Below are positions 53,260-64,000 of a stretch of 64,000 nt of DNA, piece after piece. The stretch lies in assembly GCF_030144855.1 (NCBI RefSeq), contig NC_082729.1:16616001-16680000 (forward strand). Direction: 5' to 3'. The position numbers were made by a program, and so were the translations under genes. Numbering within the stretch: the first letter of the stretch is position 1; every line of letters starts with the position of its first letter. The notes under the pieces are model-generated. The model saw only the letters and a program-made list of their open reading frames with translations. It searched no databases and had not been told where the DNA came from. The DNA is from Hypanus sabinus. Its lineage: Eukaryota.

Positions 53260-55770
53260 TTTTGCATGAGCTGATTGTGGACTACAGGAATGGTAAGATG
53301 AGGGAATGCAAACCAATTTTCAGAGAGGAACCTGAAGTGGAGAGAGTGAACTATTCTAAGTTCCTGGGTGTCAATACCTCTGAGGACCTAACCTGGACAC
53401 AGTATATCAACGCAGCTATAAAGAAGGCAAGACAGAGGCTATATATCATTAAGAGTTTAAGAAGATTTGGTTTGTCAACTAAAACTCTCTAAAATATCTA
53501 CATATGAACTATGGAGAGCATTCTGGCTGGCTGCATCACTGTCTGGTATGGGGGAGGCTACTGCACATTTTATAAAACTGCAGCACTAGTAGTGAGGACC
53601 AAGAAGGCAGGGAGAATGGAGGCACATGAACACTTAAAGGACTGCTTTGAATCAGTGGACTGGACTGTATTCAGGGATTCACCTTCGACCCTGAATGGGT
53701 ACACAACAGCTGTCACTAATTTCATTAAAACCTTTGGGGATGAGTGTGGACCCATGAGACCTTACCAGTATGTTCCCAAACCAAAAACCTGTGGATTAAC
53801 CAGGAGGTTCATAGTCTGCTGAGGGCTAGATGAGTGGCACTCAAGTCTGGCGACCCAGATCTGTACAAGAAAACCAGGTACATCTTGTGGAAACCTATTT
53901 CACGAGCAGAGGAACAATTCCAAGTGGGTTTGGAAGCAGCATTGGATGCACATCAACCCTGGCAGAAAGTGCAGGCCATTACTTCCTACAAACTCAACAT
54001 TATGAATGACAATGATGCTGCACTCCCAGATGAGCTCAACAGCTTTTATGCTCTTTTTTGAAAAGGAGAATAAAACTACAGTTATGAGGATCCCTACAGC
54101 ACCCTGTGACCCTGTGATCTCTATCTTGGAAGCTGACATCAAGCTGTATTTCAAGAGGGTGAACCCTTGCAGAGGTATCAGGCCCTGATACAGTATGTGG
54201 TATACCTCTGAACACCTGTGACAACCATCTGGCAGGGGTGTTAAAGGACATTTTCAATCTCTAGTTGCTACAGCTGGAAGTTCAACAACTACCAGTGCCT
54301 AAGAAGAGCAGGGTCAGCTACTTTGGCAAATATCGTCCAGTAGCACTCACATCTTTGAGAGGTTGGTTATGGCTAGCAAGGACCTGGACCCGTTGCCTAT
54401 TGCCACAATACGGTGGATAATAACTCAATCGCTCTCCACCTGGCCTTATATCACCAGGTCAATACAAATACCTATGTCAGGATGTTGTTTATTGACTAGC
54501 GCAGCATTTAATGCCATTAGTCCTGCAGTTCTGATTGAAAACTACAGAACCTGGGTCTCTGCACTTCCCTCTGCAACTGGCTCTGTGACTTCCTACTGGG
54601 AAGATCACAATTTGTGCAGATTGGTAATAACATAGAAAGCCTACAGCCCAAAACAGGCCCTTCAGCCCACGAAGCTGTGCCGAACATGACCTTACTTTAG
54701 AAATTACCTAGGGTTACCCATAGCTCTCTATTTTTCTAAGTTCCATGTACCTATCCAGGGGTCTCTTAAAAGACCCTATCATATCTGCCTCTACCAACGT
54801 TGCCAGCAGCCCATTCCATGCGCTCACCACTCTCTGTGTAAAAACTTATCCCTGACATTTTCTCTGTACCTACTTCCAAGCACCTTAAGACTATGCCATT
54901 TCAGCCATTTCAGCTCTGGAAAAACATGATCAACACCTTTCATAATCTTATACACCTTTATCAAGTTACCTCTCATCCTCCGTCGCTCCAAGGAGAAAAG
55001 ACCGAGTTCATTCAACCTAGTCTCATAAGGCATGCTCCTCAATCCAGGTAAATCTCCTCTGCACCCTTTCTATGGTTTCCACGTCCTTCTTGTAGTGAGG
55101 CGACCAGAACTGAGCACAGTACTCCAAGTGGGGTCTGACCAGGGTCCTCTATAGCTGCAACATTACCTCTCAACTCCTAAGCTCAATCCCACAATTGATG
55201 AAGGCCAATGCATAGTTTGCCTTCTTAACCGCAGAGTCGACCTGCATAGCAGCTTTGAGTGCCCTATGGATTCGGACCCCAAGATCTCTCTGATCCTCCA
55301 CACTGCCATGAGTCTTACCATTAATATTATATTCTGCCATCATACTTGACCTACCAAAATGAACCACCTCACACTTATCTGAGTTGAACACCATCTGCCA
55401 CTTCTTAGCCCAGTTTGGCATCCTATCGATGTGCCGCTGTCCACTTTATCGATCTCCACTTCGCTGACAATCAACTTTGATACACCTCAGGGATGTGTGC
55501 TTAGCCTACTGTTCACTTTCTCCACACTTATGACCATGTGGCAAGACACAGCTCAAGTGCCATACATAAATTTGCTGATGATACAACTATTGTTGGCAGA
55601 ATCTCTAATGGTGATGAGAGGGCGTACAGGAGCGACATATACTAACTAGTTGAGTGGCATTGCTGCAACAACCTTGTACTCAACACCAGTAAGACCAAAA
55701 ACCTGATTGTGGAGTTCAGAAAGGGTAAGGCAAGGGAACACACACACCAGCCCTCAGAGAAGGGTCAAAT
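53260..55770 (+). mobile_element. Rex1/Babar-like LINE fragments, with a minus-strand CR1 nested at about 54630-55445
   Basis: LKDCFESVDW, LPDELNSFY and PQGCVL motifs; the host motif IGNN|ISTSLTIN is split by the CR1. Confidence 0.8.
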
Positions 55771-56279
55771 GTGATTTTCTCAAGGACTAAAGCCAATGGA
55801 AGGATTTTGTTCTGTTTTATTTTCCCATGCAGTACTTATTCACATTTTCATTGACTCAAAGGTCGACTCTTCACTTGAGATTAACTCGGAACTATGTTAA
55901 TCGTTCCGAGTTCTAGCTTTTGGATTTAGATAGCTGAAGCTCAGTGGTGTTTGGGTCATCTATCCACTCCTATTCCATCCACCTACTCATCCAAACACGC
56001 GTGACTGAATTGCTGGCAGTGTAACTCATGGCTGCCTCGATACCCAGAAACCCCGTGAGTGAGAAACCCATATATCTGGTCACGGTGCCAACGATGAGCA
56101 TGCACCGTAGAAATGGCGCCAGCACCTTCGCTTATCAGCAGAAACCTTGGGGCCTGAGTACAGACCATGGTACTGAAAAAGATGGGTCACCGACGGCAGA
56201 TTCTAAACGCGGAAGCTTCTGAGTATGGAAGGTGCCCGATGTCTGCATGGTCCCGAAACCAATATACTCAATAGAGCCT

Positions 56280-57230
56280 AGAGTCCTGATGGAAACGCTA
56301 CAGAACCCAGGCCTCTGCAACTGGATCCCCGACTTCCAAACCGGAAGACTATGATTGGTGTGGATTGGAAATAACATCTCCACCTCACTGACTAATACTG
56401 GTGTGCCACAGGGATGTGTGCTTAACCCACTGCTCTACTTCTCTACACCAATGACTTTGGGGCTAGGCAAAGCTCAAATGTCATCTATAAACTTGCTGCT
56501 GATACAACCACTGTTGGCAGAATTTCAGTTGGTGATGAAAGGGCGTACAGGAGCGAGATACCTGTAGTTGAGTGCAGTTGCAACAACAACCTTGCACTCA
56601 ACGTCAGCAAGACCGAAGAGCTGATTGTGGACTTCATAAAGGGTAAGACAAAGGAACACATACCAACGCTCATGGTGGGATTGGAACTGGACAGAGTGAG
56701 CAATTTCAAGTTCCTGGGTGTGAATATCTCCGAGGACCTAACCCAGACGCTGCAGCACTGCCTGGAAGGAGAAATCTGGGAATATTCTGGCTCATGATAA
56801 CTTGATCAATTACTCTTGTTTTAAACCCCTGTAGAAATGTATCAAAGTGAGGAACCACCTCAATCCCTCACATCAGTGCGAAGAGATAGCATTGTCTCAA
56901 TATCTACATGCTACTTATCAATCCCTCATCTCCCAGAAGTTATGTCGAGTCCTGAGTAACTAACCTATTTGGGTTAGTTTGAGCCAAGTTGCGGACAGAA
57001 CTCTGTCCATCATGAAAACCACCCTCTCCTCCATGAATATTGTTCACCCTTCCTGCTGCCTCCATAATGCAGCCAGCAAAATCAAAGTCTCCCTACCACC
57101 CTGGACTTCCTATCTTCTCCCTGTGACATTGGGCGGCAGATACAAAAGCTTGTAAGCACGAACAACTCGGCTCAATGGCAGCTTTTGCAATGTTAAACGA
57201 ATTCTTATAAACAGTCGCACTAGATCCTGT
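56280..57230 (+). mobile_element. Rex1/Babar-like RT and 3' fragments
   Basis: IGNNISTSLTNTGVPQGCVLNPLLY, ADDT-like motif and KFLGV. Confidence 0.75.
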
Positions 57231-58356
57231 ATTCTGTTTTTTTTTCTCTCTTGTATTACTTTAAAGTACTTCTCTCTTAGAATGATTGATACTTGACTTG
57301 CTGCACTCAAGGGTTAATCATATTAATAGAATGAAGCCTCAGGAAATGTTTTAACATTTCTCCCCGGGCAACTAAATCCATCGAACTGGGCTATGTTCTT
57401 CTGCTACTGACTGCCAAAGAAGTTAGGTTTTGAAACAATTCTCTTACTCTCTACAGATACTGCCTGATCTACTAAGTATTCCCCGTGGTGTTTATTTTCC
57501 CTTGCACGTTGCTTGCGCAGACTCCGAGCTTAGATAACTGCCTTGGTCTAATTCTCCACGGGACTGAGAGGGTGATTCGTAAACTGGCACGAGCTTATCA
57601 GTTATATAAATGAAACAGAACATTATAGATGGAAATTTCATGTGGAGATTGTACAATTCAGTATCTTTTGATAGCAGGTCCTAGTGGATACAATGTGAGT
57701 GAATCCCAGAATCAGACGGTTTAAGTCTCCATACAGGCATCAGGACCTAAGCCAGTTGTTGCCATGCATGTGCGCAAGGTACCTTTGACAAATTCAAAAA
57801 TTTTGCTCTGACACTCGGTAATATCACCGAAAGAAGTGATTCGATATATCTGACCCGAGATGTCTTGCCATTCAATTTCTCACCTATTGAGTAATGCTAC
57901 TCGTTTCCCAGTACAATGTATCCACCTGCTGGGCAATGTATTTCCCTCAAGCAGTGTATTGCCACCCTCCCTGCACACATTAACATCAAATCCAGTGTCA
58001 ACAGCAATTTTATTCCTTCATCCTTTTGACAAAAAGACTCAACAACAATCCTCAGAATGGCCGACTTGACCAACCTCCCTGTACAGTCAACACCCATTTA
58101 CTGCTTTTCTCTCTGTTTAAGGCAAGCAAAAACTTTATTCAATCTTCATTACAAACATTTATGGGCATATTAACCAGGGTGTTCCTGAAATCTGAAGTTG
58201 CTCGACCCAATCATTCGGCCTTATCTATTCTGTTGGAAAACAACCGTGTAGATATGTCAGAGATCTTCTTTTCAACTCCTTTCTAAAATTTGGTTATTCC
58301 GACTGTTTCTTACGTCTTTGCTCTCTGATGTTTAAATGACTTCAGTTCTAACTCTT

Positions 58357-59486
58357 TTTTTTGAGCTCAAAAATATCATTTTTATAAACGAAAGATACAA
58401 TGTATCATATGATGCACCATTTCACCGTTGAATTTAACAAGTGCAAAATTCACACATAGATCTGATGACACAGAAGTAAACCAGGTTGTCTTGACTGTTC
58501 CACTGAGGTTGTTTCACTTCATGCAAACTCAGATCCCCTCTCTGGAGTGCAGCTTTTGCCATGCTCAAATCATAAAGGGCATAAAAAGGAATGCCTCAAG
58601 TGACCATTAGCAGAAACCTTATTCAATGTCACCACAGCCTGTGTTGATGCAAATTCCGACTGAGGACGGACCGGACATCTGACGTGAACCTTAATGCATC
58701 AAGCATAGGTAAAAGGTTTAATAAAGCTGTATCTCCAGGATCACTGAACCAGGATTTGATAGGAATAGCATTATCTGGATGCCCCCTGTATGCACTTGGT
58801 GAATTATCTAATATTACAATGCTGGAGAGGTCGTTGTGAATGGCTGCAAGATCTTTCCCGTAGCTGCCCAATTCAAGTGTGCAATGCTGTCTGTAGTAGC
58901 GTCGGTTTAATATTTTCTTGTTGTTGTCTAGTTTGTCTGCTACAGCCGCACCATAAATCTCCATACTAGCAGTGAAAATCACCAACTCATACCATTGGCT
59001 GGCCACTTCTAGAAAGAAGTACACATGAGACCTTTTATGTACAAAAAATCTGATTGGTTGTCTATCAACAAGAACCTTCAGCATGAAGTCTGGCGGTGTA
59101 CCTGGCCTCACTGTTGGCTTCAAGACTCCATCATGATGTGAATGTATTAATGTTTCATCTAAATCCAAAACCAGAATCTTCCTTTTCATTTGATTTATTC
59201 TGATGCGGGAAAGAGGAGATAGAGGCAAAATGTCATAGCGCACTGTCTGGTATTGGATTATCGAGCGGAGTTGCCTCCGCGCCGCCTCCACACACACGCT
59301 CCACACCTTCACGGCGAACCACACGAAGTTGTGGAGGCCCATCAGGAAATACTTGCTGAACATGGTACGGATGCGAGGAGCGAGATCAGCCCCAAGAGCC
59401 GACGGCCACTCCACACCGGCTCGGGTCCGGAGCCTGCTCGCCCATCACCGCGACACCGCCACTATCGCCATCTTCACCTACGCTCC
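58357..59486 (-). other. CTDNEP1: Retroposed full-length CTDNEP1 mRNA (5'UTR, CDS, 3'UTR, poly(A))
   Basis: Perfect 14-bp TSD cagttctaactctt (58343-58356 and 59487-59500); A-tract at the 3' junction; TATAAA-type signal about 20 nt upstream; no introns. Confidence 0.92.
58629..59363 (-). CDS. CTDNEP1: CTD nuclear envelope phosphatase 1 (Dullard) retrocopy, intact 244-aa ORF
   Basis: [14 protein letters not shown], catalytic [20 protein letters not shown] and C-terminal [10 protein letters not shown]; ATG at 59363 in ACCATG context. Expression unknown. Confidence 0.9.
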   Translation of the reverse strand: MFSKYFLMGLHNFVWFAVKVWSVCVEAARRQLRSIIQYQTVRYDILPLSPLSRIRINQMKRKILVLDLDETLIHSHHDGVLKPTVRPGTPPDFMLKVLVDRQPIRFFVHKRSHVYFFLEVASQWYELVIFTASMEIYGAAVADKLDNNKKILNRRYYRQHCTLELGSYGKDLAAIHNDLSSIVILDNSPSAYRGHPDNAIPIKSWFSDPGDTALLNLLPMLDALRFTSDVRSVLSRNLHQHRLW

Positions 59487-59954
59487 CAGTTCTAACTCTT
59501 GAATGGTTCTTCCCGAGATTCAAAGACGTGATTCATAGCACAGATATTGTTTTTACCCTTCTTTAAAGAGCCATGACGATCACAGCATTACATGAAACCA
59601 CCTGCCACTTTGATTGAAGAAGTGTTTAAACTCATCAATTACCACGTGACGAAGAGGGGCCAATCCTTCCGAACTTCCTATGAGGCTTCAGGACTGGTGG
59701 ACTGACCACTGCCTCCCGGCTGCGTGTCTGTGAATTGAAGCAATGATCTGAAAATTGTGAAATGTGGTAAGAATAGGAACCTATATTATGGATTCTGGAT
59801 GAATCTCAATACGGTGTACTTGGTTTTATCTTATCTTGACAGTCTGAATCTGAATAATTTCTCTCGCTAGCAGACGAAGAAGAGTTAATGCAAGTGAACT
59901 ATCATTAAGTGATCTATCATGAACTATCATTATACAGCCGCTGGATAGCGCAAG

Positions 59955-60028
59955 GGTTCCGTGGCTTAACTGGTCAAAGCGCCTGTCTAGTAAACAGGAG
60001 ATCCTGGGTTCAACTCCCAGCGGAGCCT
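59955..60028 (+). tRNA. tRNA-Thr(AGT)
   Basis: 74-nt cloverleaf; acceptor GGTTCCG/CGGAGCC; anticodon arm CCTGT-CTAGTAA-ACAGG; G15A variant; only T3 after the gene. Confidence 0.88.
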
Positions 60029-60259
60029 TTAAGTTATGGAGTGAATTGTCATGTAATGAAGGTGGCTTTCACTCCAAATCACAAATTACCCTCTCACAGA
60101 GCACAATGCCTCAAAAAGGAGCAGAACAATAACACAGTGTATAAAATTCCTCAAACGTTACAGGTCTGATTCTCTATCTGCCCAAGAAACATGCTGGTTC
60201 AAATAGATGACACTAGCTTGTTATATAGCATTTTTGTAGTGTAAGTTTGTTTTACGGTG

Positions 60260-60640
60260 ACAATGGTTTACAACGTGCGGCCGTGATCTGCTTTATGAAC
60301 TTATTGGGGGGCGGGGAGAGAGGGGTATGTCGAATACAGGATGAAACGCGAAGTCTTTGGGGTAACTGCACATCTGTGTCTTTGCTGTTGCTTTGCTCAT
60401 GCTTGAGGACTTGGTGGTGGGTGCCGATGATTTTTTTTTTGCCGGTGGTGAAGGGGGTTTGTTGCTTGTTGCCGCTTAAGTGACAGAGGGGAGCTGGGGG
60501 GAACTTTCGGGTTCTATCATTTAACTGTCGTTCATTCTTTGCGGCACTTCTCTGTTTTCGTGGATGTTTGCGAAGAAAAAGCATTTCAGGGTGGTCATTG
60601 TATGCATTTCTCTGACATTAAATGTACCTTTAAAACCTTT
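60260..60640 (+). mobile_element. LINE/SINE 3'-tail fragment
   Basis: Ends atttctctgacattaaatgtacctttaaaacctttg, resembling other LINE tails in the window. Confidence 0.5.
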
Positions 60641-61008
60641 GCAATGTCCTGCTCTTACTGAAACACTGCATTTCAAAAGCCTTTTCAATTGAACTCCGAC
60701 TAGTTCGCTTCATTTTTTTTCAAGAAACCGGTCAGATGGCATTACAGATATGAGCTAGAATACATATTGATGTTAATTACTTTATCACCCACTACTTTCG
60801 ATAATAGAGGCCATGAATCCTACCCATCCACAGGATCATCCGCCCAGTCTGGAGAGTTCGGTAGACCCACAGTAATACACTTGGCCATGACACCGATACT
60901 GGATTGTAGTCATGATCATGATCATTTAGCTCTGTGAAATGTTTTGGGTTTCACTTTAATACCGCAACCGAAACCCTGGCGGAAAAGAACAAATATGTGT
61001 ACTCGTGA

Positions 61009-61090
61009 TGGCAGTGGTGGGATTCGAACCCACGCCTCCTTGGAGACTGGAACCTGAATCCAGCGCCTTAGACCGCTCGGCCACACTACC
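61009..61090 (-). tRNA. tRNA-Leu(CAG) on a Leu-TAG/AAG-type body
   Basis: GGTAGTGTGGCCGAGCGGTCTAAGGCGCTGGATTCAGGTTCCAGTCTCCAAGGAGGCGTGGGTTCGAATCCCACCACTGCCA; 82 nt; A and B boxes intact; long variable arm. Confidence 0.92.
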
Positions 61091-61619
61091 ACATCTTTTT
61101 CAATCATTACACAGTAGCGTGGATTTATTCACCATGGTAACCTTTATATGTCATCGGTGGAAGCGTTGAAACATTATCCCAAACACTGTGCTTGAGGCCT
61201 CATGCATTTTCTATTTTTCCAACCTGAAGCAGACCAGAGGGAACACTGGTACAGAGTTGCCTCCTCAAATTGCCGGAGGCAGCCAGATTTCACTGCGAGT
61301 AATCTCAGCAAACACGTGTGATATTAGGACTAAATATTCACATTTCCAGCGGATACAAAGAGTAAAATCACTCCCTATCGACTTATCTTGTCACATTCAA
61401 CGAGCTTTGCATGTGTACTCCAAAATATTGCAAGCTTTGCATTCACATGAACCAGCCCCAGCTTCTGCACCCTAACATCTCAAATTAAAACACTCACATT
61501 GACAACGGTTCTCGAATATCTACACTTAGCCCTTTCTGGGATATTTAAAGCCATTCTGAAAATCACCACTACGAACCTGCAATATGACTGAAACAGATTT
61601 TATGAACTTGTTTTATGAT

Positions 61620-62115
61620 TACCATATATCAACGACAGCACGGAAACAGGCCATCTTGGCCCTTCCAGTCCGTGCTGAACGCTTACTCTCACCTAGTCCC
61701 ACCTACCTGCACTCAGCCCATAACCCTACATTCCTTTCCTGTCCATATACCTATCCAATTTTTTTTCAAATGACAAAATTGAACCTGCGTCGACCTCTTC
61801 TACTGGAAGCTCATTCCGCACAGCTACCACTCTCTGAGTAAAGAAGTTCCTCCTCGTGTTACCCCTAAAAGTTGCCCCTTAACTCTCAACTCATGTCCTC
61901 CTGTTTGAATCTTCCCTATTCTCATTGGAAAAAGCCTATCCACATCAACTCTATCTATCTCCCTCATAATTTTATATACCTCTATCAAGTCCCTCCTCGA
62001 CTTTTTCTATGCTCCAAAGAATAAAGACCTAACTTGTTCAACCTTTCTCTGTAATTTAGGTGCTGAAACCCAGGTAACATTCTAGTAAATCTCCTCTGTA
62101 CTCTCTCTTGATACC
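61620..62115 (-). mobile_element. CR1 3' end
   Basis: Same family as 20643-21220 (acagcacggaaacaggccatct...). Confidence 0.85.
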
Positions 62116-62129
62116 TTCTTGAACTTCCT

Positions 62130-62960
62130 GAGGGTCTTCAACCAGGCCAGTTGAGGAAGACAGTCGGTAATAGCCGTGGTATATTTATTCACATCCTAAT
62201 ATCAATACCTAAATAGGGTCCAGTCCATCGATGACAGCAATGCTGTAAATGTACATCCACACCGCTTGTTGCTAAATTCACGGTCCTCATCAATGTTGCT
62301 CTCGTCCTCAGTCTGTGCTATTCTGTTGGAAGTAGAAGTACAACTTGGTGTTTGGATGTGCCAAAATCTAGGTGCAGCATGGCACGGTAAGCATTGTTGA
62401 TGATGGTGTAACAGTAATCGAGCGCTCAGCTCGTGATATGCTGCTGATTATTAGTCAGAGACTTCCTCAAGTGACCCGGTTGAAGACCCTCGGGATGATC
62501 AAGAAGGTATCATAGTACACTGGCTAGTGTTGTTGAACGTGATGCTCTGCTCCCCCAGTGCTTGCCCGACGATTGTCTGGGCTGGAATGTACATCTCTAC
62601 TAGGATGATGACTAAGAAGTTCCTTGGTAGGTAGAATGGACGACATTTGATCACTGGCTGTTCTAGGTTTGAGGAACAGGTTTGAAACAGAGGTGCCACA
62701 TCTGAGCATCATAATGAACAAATTATGCAACAAACGCCGTTAGCTCTATCATTACCTGATGCCTACGTCCTGTCCGTTGAATGGATGTTGTAGCCCTCGG
62801 GCTGGAGCGCTGTTTCCAGAGTGTTGGACTGAGCCATGTTGCTGTAAAGCAGAATACACAACAGTCGCTGATGTCCCACTGGCACTGCAATCTAGCTTTG
62901 AGGTCTTCAGTTTTATATTCCAGAAACGCTACTTTCGCCGGGATGGCAGGGAACACCTAC
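62130..62960 (-). mobile_element. Rex1/Babar-like endonuclease fragment
   Basis: CCVFCFTATWL and IKCRPFYLPRNF. Confidence 0.7.
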
Positions 62961-63009
62961 CTCTTGCCGCATCTCCTGAGCCACGTATTAAGCTGTATTA
63001 TCTTTCTAT

Positions 63010-63310
63010 TACTGCCTCGCTAGCACGTTGTGCAGGCATCAGTTGGGAGATCTCCACCCTGGAGAAGCTGTCCTTTAATTTAGCACCTTACTCCTTGAAT
63101 TCACTTTGTAGGACTTCGTCGCCCTTCCAACCCACGCTACTGCTACCAACGTGGACCACGATTTCTGGCTGCTCACTTTCCCGCGGAAGAATGTTATGGA
63201 CTCCATTATGATGTCCCTGACCCTTGAACCTGGAGGCAACATGATGCCATCCGAAAACCTTGTTCTCGTCCACAGAACTTTCTGTCGGCTCTCCAAACAC
63301 AAATAAATCA
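63010..63310 (-). mobile_element. CR1 ORF1 (SGNH esterase) fragment
   Basis: LPPGSRVRDI and ESEQPEIVVHVG. Confidence 0.7.
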
Positions 63311-63329
63311 TCTTTCACTGAAGGGTGAA

Positions 63330-63620
63330 GTGTGAATAATATCCAGACTACAAAGACGTGTTGTTAGTGGTCAGAGAAGGGTGAATTTTTTTCTTTTTTT
63401 CCTTTTATATTCCTTTTCTTAACCTTACAAAGGAATGCTAAAAAGTTAGTTTGCTTATAGGGGATTTTAATGCTCATCGTGCTAAGTGGGGTTATAGAGA
63501 CACAAATGTGAACGGGACAGTGGTGGAAAACTTTCTGGAAGAAAAGTATTTGATGTGTGTGTATGATACTGTAAGTGTCGGTACTACACCTCACGTTGGT
63601 CAGCCAACCGCCAATAAATA
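63330..63620 (+). mobile_element. Internally deleted Nimb/I-clade remnant
   Basis: GDFNAH..WG..NG..VENFLEE endonuclease motif joined to a Nimb-like tail (acacct..gttggtcagccaaccgccaataaa). Confidence 0.55.
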
Positions 63621-63629
63621 TTACTAAAT

Positions 63630-64000
63630 GACGGAGAACCGCAAGCAACGGTTCGTGCGATCTCAAGCCGCAGAACTGTTGCGGCTGGATTCCTGGTGCA
63701 TGGAGCTATTTGAGAACGTCAATCCAATCAGATGAATTAATTGGGGTTTCATGAGAAAAATGAAAATCTCAGAACCATAAACAGTGACACATTGGTTCTT
63801 CTACGAATTCTATTTTAATCACTGCGGAATTTGCAAGGACTCCCGCGTTCTGCAGTCGACGTGCAGGAAGTGACACCGTGCTTCCGAGGTTGTTAGGCAC
63901 ATAGGATCTTTCCCGGAACAGCGCGGGTGATACAGAAGATCGGCGTCGCGCCGCCCTCTGTACGAGGGGAAGGCCACGCGACATATTCTGATCAGACCGA
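63630..64000. promoter_or_regulatory. CpG-rich, promoter-like segment cut by the window end
   Basis: High CpG density; CCAAT at 63724; ETS-like CAGGAAGTG at 63864. Confidence 0.35.

Noticed and set aside
57670-57750. Possible degenerate tRNA (aggtcct...ggtttaagtct...aggacct)
   Set aside because: No consistent cloverleaf or convincing A box could be built.

Overview
Vertebrate genomic DNA, inferred to be from a cartilaginous fish (probably a ray) because of its mix of CR1, Rex1-Babar, Penelope-like, Nimb and V-SINE repeats. From left to right it holds: (i) a 14-finger C2H2 zinc-finger ORF with decayed fingers on both sides; (ii) a minus-strand class I (epsilon/gamma-like) endogenous retrovirus of about 6.75 kb, with two LTRs, a tRNA-Arg(UCG) PBS, three large internal deletions and a solo LTR nested in its 3' LTR; (iii) a replication-dependent histone cluster (H2B x1, H2A x4, H4 x3, H3 x1, a divergent H1), including a triplicated convergent H4/H2A cassette; (iv) about 25 kb of nested retroelement debris, containing a 2.2 kb solo LTR swollen by a 27-bp minisatellite and an inverted pair of CpG-rich promoter-like modules (MYB/RFX/CRE/E-box/CCAAT) with no gene attached; (v) an intact, intronless CTDNEP1 retrocopy with poly(A) remnant and a perfect 14-bp TSD; (vi) tRNA-Thr(AGT) and an anticodon-shifted tRNA-Leu(CAG). 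The sequence alone proves no new system. The best leads are the orphan promoter pair, the CTDNEP1 retrocopy, the deleted ERV head-to-head with H2B, and the ZNF-histone-tRNA co-cluster. Boundaries of decayed repeats are approximate, and all identities and family assignments were made by eye and from memory, without database searches.
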